DNA of 64,000 bases from Camelus dromedarius (lineage: Eukaryota): contig NC_087438.1 of the NCBI RefSeq assembly GCF_036321535.1, positions 6,636,001 through 6,700,000 of the forward strand, given 5' to 3'. Below the pieces are notes generated by a model. That model had not been told where the DNA came from and searched no databases. It saw only the letters and a program-made list of their open reading frames with translations. The position numbers and the translations under genes were made by a program. Of the stretch, positions 36,977-49,129 are shown one piece after another. Every line of letters starts with the position of its first letter. The stretch's first letter is position 1.

Positions 36977-38405
36977 AAGTGAAGCAAGATTTCTTGCTGC
37001 AAAGCGTGGATGGAAATTCAGAAGCTCTACGAACTCTCCAAAACTTAAGCAAAAGTTTACGTGAACATGGGGATAGTCACCTTGCTCCCACAGCCGACTT
37101 CTGTACCTTTCTATACTATCCAGACGTGGAGAAGAAACAATTTTAAGAGGAAAAGGCACTGAAGAACACAGGTTCATTTTTACCAAGTTCTGAACATCTC
37201 AAAAACTTCTTTTGGACAAAAGCAAGCTTTACCACCCAGGAGACCAAAGTCTTTGCTCTCAGCAGGAATCTCGCAGCTGTTAGCCATTAAAACAACCAAA
37301 AAAGTTAGTGCAATTTGTAAAAAGCATAAAATGATTAGCATCATCCATCTTCTCCTTGTTAAGAAAACTACATATCAGCTAAAAGCGTGTAAAAACATGT
37401 ACAGTTCATCAACCCTGCGGTTCCACGAGTATGCAAATGATCAGCGTGACCAGGGCAACACGGTGGATGACCTGCTATTTCATGGCAACGTTTTTTCAGG
37501 AAAGAAATTCAAGGAAAAAGAAATCTGTTTCAAGTGACCCAAGTAGTTATATTTTGGACTGCTTTTTCATTTAAGACATACATGGAAAAAAATCTTTTGG
37601 GGTACAAAATCCTGTTTCCTTAAAGACAACATAGACAAGAAAAGTGATTTAAGTGATACACAACTTAAGGTATTATCTGCTTGAATAAAATGGTGAACTG
37701 GCCACTCTAGTGCACGATAAACTTTACCTTCTCTTCAATAATGAAACTGGCATGAATTAACAATTAATTTAGCAATCCTAATTAGGTATTAAAAATCTTC
37801 CCTAGTAAAGTCTGTTTTTGTCTTTCTGCATCTCCTTAGGAAAGACTAACTCTATAATAATAACATGTCTGTTGTTTCCAAACTTGGCCATCATGACAGA
37901 GACCTTCTGGATAAGCTGACTGTGACATTCAATTGTTTTCCTTAAAAACAAAATTCAACATAAACCTCAATTTAAAAAAAAAATTTTAACAATCATAGGT
38001 ACCTCCTGTCATTTTAAACAATATGCTCTTGATGAGAACTTTATGTCAGTATTAAACATAATTCACATTATCTTCACTCAATTTTTATTTCTTTTTGAAT
38101 AAACACAAGGGTCACAGTAGGGAAGACAAACTCACAAACAGGAAAAGTTTACAGGGATACGTTTGTCTCTGGAAGGAGTCTATTTAAAGGAATTGAGTTT
38201 GGCAACCATCTTTCCGGTCCCTTCTTGTAACAAGGCTGACAACTCTCTCTGGTCAAGAGATCAGCTCCCCGGCACCCTCTACCTCTATGAAATTATTGCA
38301 AGATCTGCCTGGTCCTGGTGTTTGCTGCCTAGGACCCCCACCCACTCACCGGCACAGAGCAACTGCTCCTAGCATCCTCTCGCTCCCTTCCAGCGCTCGC
38401 TCTCA

Positions 38406-38419
38406 GCGCCCCCTGCCGG
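38406..38419 (-). promoter_or_regulatory. CTCF core motif
   Basis: Minus strand CCGGCAGGGGGCGC fits CCRSYAGRKGGCRS at every position; lies at the edge of the CpG island. Confidence 0.6.
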
Positions 38420-39356
38420 GGATCCCCGGGACGCCGCAAGCGCAAGAAAGTTAAATCCCAACTCCAAACAGCCGCAACCAGGTACAAAGCAAGGAAAGGG
38501 CGAGGAGGTGAACGCGCTTCCCGCCAAAGCCCGGGGAATCAGGATCTGACTGCGCCGGCCAGGCACTGGGCGCTGCGGGGAGCGATCCCGGGGAGACCCC
38601 TACTCGGCAGCGTTTTCCCCGCACATCTTGGGCGGATCAGTACCCGCCAGGGCCCAGATCTACCTCCGGCTCCGAAACCTTGAGCCAGAGGATGCGAAAT
38701 CCTGGAGCGGCGGAGAGATGCCCGCAGAAGGCAATTGGCCTGGCTGCAGCCCACCGGGCAATTGGTTCCCCAGGCCTACACATCCCCAGCCGCGGCGTTA
38801 AGGGTGGCCGCCAGCCTCAGTCTCCCTCATTAATCAAAGGGCTTGGCGGAGTTGAGCCTAAGTCCCACTACCTCCACGTCTCTCGCGGGCACCGCAAAGC
38901 CCCTGTAACTGGACCAGGAGAACCCTGACCCAGGCAGCGGCAAAAGGGCTGCTAAGTCCCGGCCACCGGGACCCCTGCCATTCGCTCCCGACAATGGGAG
39001 CGGAGACACGCGCCGGGTGCGTGCACAGACCTCCACTGCTCATCTTCCGGAGATGTCGGGCAGCGGTCCCCTCTCTCCCACCACCGGGTCGCCCACCGGG
39101 TTGCTTCTGCTCCTTATCTCTGCACGCTCGCCGTCGTTAAAGGCAGACACAAACTTCCTGCCCACTTACAAGCCCCCGCGCTGATGGTAGTCCTAATCCT
39201 GTACGTGCAACCCCCTGCCCAGTGCCTGCAAAAAGATCCTGCCCGAGATCCACAGACCCACCCGCCGACCACTGCCACCCCCAGGTCCTGGCCCCAACGC
39301 GGTTCGGTCGGGGCTGCGGCCACCGCCGCGCAGGATCAGGACAGGGGGTCGCTCAC

Positions 39357-39850
39357 CAGGTGTGCGGAGCGCTCCCCGTGCCAGTCATCCAGTGCCTGGG
39401 GCCCGGAGCAGCTCTGAGGCTCTTCTTCAGCGCCCGGAGAGGGAAGTCGAGGCAGCGGCTGCCGACCCCCGCCACTTCCCCAGAGTCACCCCCAACTCGC
39501 TGTGCTCCGTGCTGGCGGCGCCGGCTCGCGCGCCAGACGCACTGTCCCCGGGCGCACGGCCGGACGGGTGGTGAGCAGGTTCGCGCCCAGCGGGGGCGAA
39601 GGGTGAGGAGGCAAAGTTGGGTGCTGAAGCCGCGGGGATGGGCCACAAGGGCGGGGCCGCCGCTGTGGAGAAGAGGTGGAGGGTAAGGGCCACTGCCGGG
39701 CAGGGGCGCAGGCGGCCGGGGGCTGCGAAGCCCACGCGCGGCAGGAGCACAGCGCGCGGGAGCAGGCGAAGCGAGAGCAGCCGCCGCCGGCGCCGCCTTC
39801 CCGGCGAGTAGAGCGGCGCTGGGAGCACAGGCGGGGAGCGCGAAGCCGCC
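39357..39850 (-). other. Putative first exon (mostly 5' UTR) of an unidentified gene; 5' end approximate
   Basis: Minus-strand donor CCTG|GTGAGC (plus GCTCAC 39351-39356) inside the CpG island, downstream of the GC-box cluster. The only ATG I found is at 39388, in weak context. Confidence 0.65.
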
Positions 39851-39990
39851 TCGCCCCGCCCCGGCCCCGCCCCCGCCGCCGCACCGCCTCCTCCCCTTCC
39901 CCGCCCGGGTGAAACCCGAGCGCCCCACCCCGCGCCTGACCTCCCTGGGCCCCTCCCCCGACACCGCCCCTTCCCCGGACCAGACCCCCT
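39850..39990 (-). promoter_or_regulatory. Sp/KLF GC-box cluster, G-quadruplex-prone on the minus strand
   Basis: cgccccgccccggccccgcccccgccgcc followed by many further CCC runs, just upstream of the putative first exon. Confidence 0.7.
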
Positions 39991-41989
39991 CCGCTCCCGG
40001 GGGGGCCCCCTGGACTCCAGGAGCCCCACTCCTTCCTCTTCAGTGCGAGTGAGCACGAGCCTGGACTTTCGGGGACTCCCTTCCCCTAGCCTCGCAGAGA
40101 CCTTCAGTGGCTCCCCGCCCCCCGTCCCGCCGCACAGACGTGGCTGCTGGGGGGGGCCAGGGGGTGCGGTATAAAGGGAGGGAGGCAGCGCGGGCGAGAC
40201 CCGAGACGTGGCGCGTCCACTCTGATGGCCTCGACTCCAGGTACGTGCGTGTCCTCCGGCGGAATCCGGTCGTGTGGTGGGGGTGGGCAGGGACCGCCGG
40301 GTCCTCCCGACTCCAAGTTTGTGATTTTGTTCTTTTTGAGTGACATCCTCTTACGTGCTCTGAGCTGGAAACTTCTCAAAGACCGAGGAAGCTGCTGCGG
40401 GTTCTTAGAGGAGCAATTTGGGGGTGCACCTCCAGGCTAGGTCGGGTCAATTTCAGCAGAGTTAAATTAGAGAAATTTAACGGGGAGGCAGGTCAGGGGG
40501 TCCTCAAGTAGCCACGCTGAGCGTTGAGAGAGGAGCCCCCAGACGGACAAAGTCAGCTTCTCCGATTACAGGGCAAATGTTACTTGTTGCACTTTTGTTG
40601 TGTCTTTCAACTTTATCGAGCAAGTACTCAGGGGAAATGATTTGTAATTGGAAAGCAAAGTACTTTTCAAGACTCCTAGAATTTGATACTTTGTTGAAAA
40701 ACTTCCATATGGAACCTTGAAGGGCCGCGCCTGACCTTTTCCTTCTGGATGGGGGTGGGGGACAGTCTCTCTGGGCCCTTTTTCTCCATCTTGGCCTCAG
40801 AGGATGGCTTTCAAGTTTCCCTTGCATTAGGAAACTCATTAACGCCCCTACCACTGCCATCTTACTGCAGTGACATACGGAACCCTTATGGCCCACTGTC
40901 ACATAATCGCTCCAGAGCCAGCGCTGGGTTCTTGGGATTGGTGGTGCTGGGAATGGCCCAGTGTGCCCATAACTGTGCCATCAGCTCATCTCTGAAGCAG
41001 AGACTCCATCACTGGCTGCGAGGTGTCATGGCTCCTGCAGTAGCCAGGCACATCCAAGAAAAGGACAATACAAATTGAAATGGATGTGTCTTTATTTTCT
41101 GGAAGTATTTTTTTAATGAAAGAATTAAAGGAAAGCAGTTCTGCAGGTTTCCATGGAAGCTCAGCCCAGCCTCAGGTCTCCAGTTTCTCTGTAGCACCGG
41201 TGATGGAGCTGCTGTGGGTACTCAAGGCCTCACTCGGATTTCCTTTAAGACGTCCACAGGAAATGTCTGTGGCTGGGCGGGCCCCTGAGCGGCATTCTTC
41301 CCTGGGTTGTGCTGGGGGCACTCCGCCTGGTGCCTGGCAGCCGCCTGGCTCCTGGGGCCTTAATGAAAAGCTTAACACTTCTCCTCTGTGCTTGGCACGT
41401 GGAGCACTAGCTCCGTTCCTGACGTTCCAGGTCTACCGCCTACGTGGCAGAGAGGCCCAGGAGCCAGCGCTCCTCCTGGGAGGAGGAAGCTCTAGTTGGT
41501 CTCAGCCAAGGTCTAGTGGGGCTGCTCCTGGGGAGGGGGAGAGTGGGGGAGGACATTGCCTTACACTTGACCTTGCAGTTCTTGGATGAGTGGGTAGACC
41601 TGTGGAGCCTCCAGCCACCAGGGCAAAGGGAGATGAAAATTAGGACCCAAGTGTGTCCGGCTCCTTGAGCTTACCCCTTGACACTCCAGTTAAAGGCATG
41701 TACACTTGCAGAAAAATCCTCGGCGTGTAGAGAGCTAAGCAGTGGGAAGAAAATAGCTTTCTACGCCGTAACCCAGGAGGGCTGATAACATGACATTTAA
41801 CTCAGTAAGTTATATAACTTTACGTGCATGTTGCAGGGTTGGGGGGGGAGTCAATTTTACAGGCAGTTTAGAGGCTCCACTGAAGCATTTTTAAAATATG
41901 TATTTTTAGTGATAATGATTTACTAATTAATAATAAGAAAGAGTAGGAGAAACCAAATAATCATTTAGGGTACATCCTTAGTTTGAAGT

Positions 41990-42195
41990 GAAACTCAAAC
42001 TGTCATGATTTTGCCTTGTGACCTGGAGAAAGTTCCTGAACTTTTCTGAGCTGTAGTCTCTTCCCCAGGAGCTTAAATAAACCTGCTGGCACATGTGTCC
42101 TTTGTCAGCATTAAAGGAAAAAGAAGGTGGCGTTAAGTGAACTGCTCACCCAGGGCCCAGCACGAAAGTAGGCTCTCGACAACTCAGCTTATTAA
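41990..42195 (+). mobile_element. MIR SINE
   Basis: tgtgacctggagaaagttcctgaacttttctgagct..cagggcccagcacgaaagtaggctctcgacaa. Confidence 0.6.
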
Positions 42196-44689
42196 CATAG
42201 AATCCACAGGTGTTTTCTTTTTCCAAATGAAATTTCTGGGGTTTTTTCCTTTGAAAAGTCTTTGCTCCCTGAAGAACTCCTGACATTGTCACTTCTCATC
42301 ACATTCAAAACTAGAGGTGATCATTTCAAAACCAAACTGTCTGGTTCTCTTCTTTTAAAAATAATATCATAACTGTGTTAAACCTATGCTGTATTAGGTT
42401 AGCCATGCAGACCACATAAAAGACTGAGAAAACTGACCAAACATTTGGTGAAAATGATGAATCCTGGGGCGCTGATTCATGTGATTTGAAAAACGCCATC
42501 CATTTCCTGATTCACCTCAACTTCTGTGCTGAAATGCGAAGGATCTCTTATGTCTCCAAAATAAGTAACTGATTTTGTCTTGTCTTTACTTCCCTCCCTT
42601 GTGCTTGAATTTTAGCCATGTGGTTAAACTGCCCCCTCAGAGGAGAGTAGCAGGGAGGGCGCTGCTGGATGCTGGATGCTCCCAGAAGAGATCCCGATGC
42701 TGCTGTGGCTCGCAAGTGACCTTAAAAGGAACCCTTGCCATGTGTGAGCCTTAGGATGCAACGAGCTTGTATTAATATCCTGAAAAACCTCAGCCCGGAA
42801 AGCGTGGTTCTGGATGTTTACATCTTAACTGGATTTTCCTACCAGAGAGCCAGGGCACATTACAGTCTTCATCCTCAAGTATTCTCTTTTCAGTCCTGTT
42901 TTTCTTCTTTTATATCCATGGCATCCAAGAATTGACAAAAAAGTGCTAGATCATCTGATCGACCCCATCAGTTGTTTTCTTAACATGGCCAGACATAGGT
43001 AAAAAGATATGTCATTTTATGCCCCACTCAAATTGCCTAGTCCTATTTCTTGTTCATGTATTTTAAGTCTTTGGAAGACCCATGGTTATGGTTACAGGTG
43101 ACACTGTGCTGCTCCCCAAGGTTTGGACAGATGAAGAATCACCAAGAGGGCTGAGTTCAGGGACTCATCAGCTCTTCCCTGCATCCCTTGAGCTCCACCA
43201 GAAACTCTTTAGGGTTTTTTTTTTTACCCAGGAAATGCTCACCCCACTTTTAGTGCAGCAGCCCACTGTCCTGGCAGAGGTAAGCAGACCAGGTTTGTTC
43301 CAAAAGAGCAGCCCAGAAACTAGGACAGAATAGAAAGAAAATAGTACGGCACATCTGAGAATGAGCATTAATAAGCATGGGACAAACCGCAGGTTCTTGG
43401 AACTTAAATGGAAGGACCAGGTCAACCACAAGGACACCAGCAGCCTGCCAGTCGGTGCATGGGACAATCCATCTTGTCCCCTTCTCCAAAGTCTGAGTTT
43501 CCACCTGAGTCCATCCAGGGCCCACTTCTGGCTTCCCGGGTCTGGTCAGGGGAACACGCTCTGCCACTCCTGGTTGTTCCGTGCAGGATGGCACAGAGTG
43601 AGTTGGCCCTGGCCCCATCCGGGTGAGATCTGCTCACCTATGAGCTCTCCTGAACTCACTCCACAAGTGAAAGCCCCCTTCCCAGACCTCACAGCCACGT
43701 TGAAGGGAGCAGCCTACTTAAAATCCACCCACTAGGAACCACAGCGCAAACTCAAGGATACAACAGCCAGAGCATATATTCAACAAGAAATGCTGACTTA
43801 TTTTTGACTTAGAAAAGTTGCATAATTAACCTCACTTTTAGGAAGGGCCTATTAATAAAAGACATTGTTATTTTACTTCAGCTATGTATCCAGAAGGTCA
43901 AAGTAGTCTAGAAATCTGAGTGTATTTTTTCCTTGTGTTTATGGTTAAATTTCTAGATATATTTTTCTAGCAACCCAGTTTCCTTAAAATAAAATAATAT
44001 GCTCAAAATACCTCAAGTCATCTCTTTTTAAGTGTGGTATGGGGAGAAGAAAAAAATGCCAAGTGTAGAAGATTTTTGGAATTTCTAGAGGAAATGCAAA
44101 TGACTTGCAGCATGGAGATAAAGCATTTGTATGGTTTCCTGAGAGTAATTTTCTGACTTTGAGCGCTGTGTATACCTTGAGTATCTATAAGCAAAGAATA
44201 GATGTACTTTAAAAAAAATATGTTTAATACTTATTATTGTCCTCTCTGTTCTTCTGTCTTTGGAAATAGAGCTTTGGGGGAAAATAAATATGTTTAGAAA
44301 TATATTTTCAAAAGTAATGCTGATCCTACATGGATTTAGAAACACAGATTCGTCTGTCTTAGTGTATTCCATCATTTACCAGGGAGATTAACACATAATG
44401 ACCTTGAGTTCAATGAAAAGAATATCTTCTAAGTGAAATTAAACCAATAGGCAAAGTGTCTCCTGAAGCAAATCAGCTGGAAGATGAGCTGTCAAGGCTG
44501 CTGTCACCCGTCTGCCAAATCTCATTTCAGACCCTCCTTTCCAGTCCCATAGTTGTCCCCTTAATTCAGAATGTCAACTTCTCTCACCCAAAATACCAAT
44601 GCCTCCTCTTACTGGTCCCCCTGTCACCCCCGGGTCTGTATCACTACATCCCAGTCATCATCTGCAAACAGCAACCCCCCACCCCCATC

Positions 44690-45175
44690 CTTAATAACAC
44701 AGACCTCCTGATTGTATTTAAATTGCAATCTGCCTGGCTTTGAAAGAGAATTTTTTTCTTGCACCCAGGTTTGACCATGGAACTTAGCCATGACGAATAA
44801 GATGTAAGTCCACAGGATTCCAGGAGAGGTTTCATAAAAGGGGGCAACAACTAACTGGGCATGGTCTTTCCAGCCCTTCCCTCCCACTTCCAGATTCCTG
44901 CCTGAAACCTGATGGTGATAGTTGAAATTCCAGCCACCATCTTGGACTTGGAAAGTAACTTTGGGATATAAGCCATGAGCTAAGGATAGTAGAGCTGAAG
45001 AAAAAAAAAAAAAAAGAAAAAAAAAGAAAAACCTCAACCTTATGGAGCCTCCTTATCAGCCCAGGAGTGCTACCTCCAGATTTCATAACATGAAAAAGTA
45101 AGAACCTTCCCTTTTGTTTTATCCATCACGGTTTCTGTTCTGGTTTTAGCAGACGAATGTGATTCCTAAATGACA
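44690..45175 (+). mobile_element. MaLR LTR (MLT1J-like) with an internal A-rich tract (45001-45030)
   Basis: ttcctgcctgaaa..ccagccaccatcttgga..taaggatagtagagc..cagcccagga..tacctccagattt..ttcctaaatgaca. Confidence 0.75.
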
Positions 45176-45279
45176 AGGCTGTAAGATGCTTCCAGATCCA
45201 GCATCGCTGCAGGTTCCTGTGTCAGCATTACCAGCCGTGCGTCTCCTTCTCTCCCTCCCTGCCTCCCACTCTGCTTTCC

Positions 45280-45600
45280 TGCCTTCAACACAGTTTTTTG
45301 CCCCACGTGTGCTGGGCACTCACTACACCGTTAACAGTAGAACGGAGAACAGCATAGCCAACGCCTGCCTTTTCGGGAATGACAGCCTGTCGGGGAAGGT
45401 AGGGGTCAATGACTGATCTCACCAGCATGTCAGCGAAAGCTCTGCTAGAAGCTATGAAAGACAAGTTTAGGGGTGTCTGGCTTAGTCTGGGGAGTCAGAA
45501 CAGGCAGCATTGGAAAGGCGGCATTTGAGCCAACACTGGAAGGTGAGTTGTGACCAACGAGAAAATAGGGGAAGAGAGTAAGATTCCAGGGGAGACCAGA
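45280..45600 (-). mobile_element. LINE-2 3' region
   Basis: ccttcaacacagtttt..gtgtgctgggcact..tagtctggggagtcagaacaggc..gcatttgagc..ggaagagagtaagattccaggggag. Confidence 0.6.
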
Positions 45601-45619
45601 AATGTTTAACTTTAGAAGT

Positions 45620-48600
45620 TAACTTATACACACTCGTTAAAATATCAAGGAGAGTTAATAGTAATTGCAAAAGAATAGCCATGGGTACAATCTTCTAAAA
45701 CAGTAGAGAGGAAAAAAAGATGAAATAAAGACAACGTGCTCAGTCCACTAGAAGGCTGGAAGGGGAAAGAAGACAAATGGAAAGAAGCTGCAGACAGAGA
45801 AGAACTAGAAATTAAGTAAATATATAAAATCCAGTTATATCAGACAGCACAATAACACAAAGGGAAAAAACATACCAGGCAGATATAAGTCAGAAGAAAG
45901 CTAGTCTACAAATATGTCAGAAACACAGATTTTTAGACTAAACTTTTTCAGTAAAAATATTCACTATCTGAAAAATAGTGAATTCAGTCCATTAGGAAAT
46001 GCAAATATGTATATAACTAACAAAGAAGTTTCAAAATGTAACAAATAAAAATCTACAGAATTGTGAGGAAAACTGGCAAATTCAGCCATTGATCTCACAC
46101 ATTTCTCTCACTAATTGATAGATTCACAGGGAAAAAATAGTATGAATTTAGATATCCTGAGAAAAACGATTAACAAGGTTATTCTAATGGATGTATCAAA
46201 TTCTCATGCAATATCTACAAATCTTAAGCAAGTCTGGGGCCATAAAGCAAGCCTCAATGAACTCTGAATAGTTAGTACCATTCAATTAGGTTATAAATTA
46301 ATAATTTTAAAAATAATTTAGAAAACTTCACATTTGTTGATTGTTAGCCACATTTCTAATAACACATGTGACAAAGGAGACACAATGGAAGTCAGAAAAA
46401 TTCATATGTAATATAAAAATAGAATATATAAAACTTATGTGATGTAGCTAAAGTCATATATGCAGAGAAATTTAGCCTTAAATACTTATATTAGGAAAGA
46501 AGCAGTGACATATTCTTCAAGCTTTACTGAGATAAAAGTTTAAGTTTATATAAGTTTAAGGTGTACAGTGTAATCATTTGACTTACATACATCATAAAAA
46601 GATTGTCACAAGTTTAGTGAACATTCATCTCACATAGTTACAAAATAAAAGAAATAGAAAAAAATTTTTTTGTGATGAGAACTCTTAAGAAGGACTGAAA
46701 TTAACAATCTACATGTCCATCTCAAAAACCCAGAAATAGAACAGAGCAAGGGAAATAACGTAGTTAATATTGCATATTAATGAAGTAGGCCATAAAGATA
46801 CAATAGGGAGAATGGACAAACCAAAGCTGTTATTAAAAATCATAAAATATTAATAAAATAGAAATAGACACATCTCTGACCAGATACATAACTCACTAGA
46901 AAAATTTAGCTTCGGAAAACTAAAGGAGAAATGAAAACTCTAAAAACACGTGACTAGTAAAACTGAGTCAGTAAACACTTCAACAAGAGCAAACAGGTCT
47001 GCATGGTTTTCTAGGAAGATTCTCAAATATTCAAGACACAATTTCTATCTTATGAAAGTTATTCCAGTGAATAGAAAAGTCATAGGCCAAAACTCCCCAA
47101 AATTCAAGGATGTTTTATCATTAGAAAATATACCAATATAAATTAGCGCATCAGCAGAATAAATGAGAAAAACTGTATGATCATTTTAATAACTATATAA
47201 TGCGCTTTGATAAAATTCAACATGTATTTATCATTTAAAAAACCTCTTAGCTATTAGACAAGTAATAGAAGACCATTTACCTAATCCAGTAGACTATCTA
47301 CAAAAAAAAATCAACAAAAACTTGACATTTAATTGTGAAAAGTTGGAGATACTTACTTCACTTGAAAGAGAAGATTAAGACAAGTACACACATATCAACA
47401 CTTGCATTCAACACAGAAACAATGGTGAAAAGAAAGGAACAAACTTTAAACTGCAGACCAAATAAGTGTCTCCAGTAAAACCGCTTAAGAACATCTACAA
47501 ATAACTAATTAGAACAAAGAGAAAAGCACTGCAAGTTTGCTAGGTAGAATCTCAACACACAAATCAATTGTGTTCCCATAAACCAGCAGCAAATATGAGA
47601 AAATATAATTCAGAAAAGATAACATTAACCAAAAAAAAAAAGTGATTTGTTCCCTAAGAATAACATTGGCAAAAGATTTGTTGAACTTTAGTGGAAAACT
47701 TAGGAAACTGAATTTAAAGGTTCTAAAGAAGACTTAAATGAGTCCTACCTCACAGTTTTGTGTGGGATGATGCAGTGTGCAATATCTTATGTGACATATT
47801 CATTTAGAAATGTTCATGCTCCCCAAATTCATCCTTAAATACAATGTGGATCAAATCAGGATCTCAACTGTCTGTATGGACCTTAAGTAGATCCTAAGAT
47901 ATATGAGCAAGGCAAGAGCCCACATTTAAGGGTAGTTAAGGAATTTCTGTAAAAATGAACATGGTAGGTTGGAGTCATAAGACATCAATACTGTTCATAA
48001 AGCTGGAGCAGTTTTGACACTGAGATACTGGCACAGGGTAGACAAAGAGAACAGTAGAACAGAGCGCCCGTACATGGATTCCCCACGTACGCCATTTTTG
48101 CCATGTGACAAAGGGACTCATTGGGGGAGACATGGGACTCAAATGGGTCTAAGACAATTGACTATCCTGATCTAAAAACACTGAATTAGATACTTCCTTC
48201 AAGCCATTCATAGAAATAACTTCAAAGCAGATTAAAGCCAAAGTGAAAAACAAAACATTAAACCATTTAAGAAAACATATAAGCATCTACCTATATGACC
48301 TCTGGGTAAGAGAACAGTTGTATCAAAATGAGATACAAAGACCAGCCCAAAAAGAAAAAGAAAAAAAATCAATACAGCAAACAACATTAAAATTTAGAAC
48401 TTTCATATGACAAAATACAACTTAAAGCGAACCATAGCCTGGGAGAATGTTCAGTGCATACAAATGACAAAAGATAGTAGGCAGAATATGTTTTCCAACT
48501 CCTACCAATCCACTGGAGAGGGAGGAAGCAGTAGAAAAATGTGCAAATGAAACAGGAAGCTCAATGGCAAATAAACATAAGGCTAGAATACAACCTTCCT

Positions 48601-49125
48601 AATAATCATGGAAATTTAAAGCAAGATGGCACCATGTCAAACCAATCAGACTGGCAATAATGGAAAAGTCTGGCAGTACCAACTGTTATCAGATATTGGC
48701 AAGGGGAACTTTAGAGGTGTAAATTGGCACAATCACTTGGGAAGGCATTTTGGCCACTCTTACAAAGTTGAGAATTTACATCACACACAGCCCAGTTGGC
48801 AAAGCTGCAGAGGACCTGTAGCATACTGCCAATAAAGTTTTAAAACCAAAAATCCTATCTGTATAATGTATGGACATTTGCACAGTAGGCAAATAGCACA
48901 GAAATGATAAGCCCTAAATTCCCGTCTGGGGAGGGTGGGGAGCAGGGAGATTGTGGAAAGATAAACAAAGGACACCAACTTTATCTGTGATTCTGTTTTC
49001 CGTTAAAAATAATAAAATATGAAGCAAATATTGAGAAACGTTAAGATTGGGCAAAGCTGGTTTGGTGGGTGTTTGTTAGATTATTATCCTTTTCTGTCTG
49101 CTGACAAGAGTTCATAATTCAATAA
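45620..49125 (+). mobile_element. Highly decayed old L1 (L1M/L1ME-like) spanning ORF2 and the 3' end
   Basis: Very A-rich; residual motifs ggccataaagcaagcctcaat, ctttgataaaattcaacat, ctaaagaagacttaaat, gtgtaaattggcacaatcacttgggaaggcattttggc; no long ORF. Confidence 0.85.
46515..46690 (-). mobile_element. Younger L1 3' terminus nested antisense in the old L1
   Basis: gctttactgagata..taagtttaaggtgtacag..atctcacatagttac..ttttgtgatgagaactcttaaga. Confidence 0.8.
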
Positions 49126-49129
49126 AGAA

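Larger units (their letters stand above)
38380..40310. promoter_or_regulatory. CpG island / promoter of a minus-strand gene, possibly bidirectional
   Basis: Abrupt rise in GC and CpG density against CpG-depleted flanks; tandem GC boxes (CCCCGCCCC-type) at ~39850-39905; overlapping low-complexity GC-rich ORFs in all frames. Confidence 0.95.

Noticed and set aside
39222..40056. Long overlapping ORFs (130-209 aa) in the CpG island
   Set aside because: Ala/Arg/Gly/Pro-rich in all frames, as expected where stop codons are scarce in GC-rich DNA; no recognisable domain.
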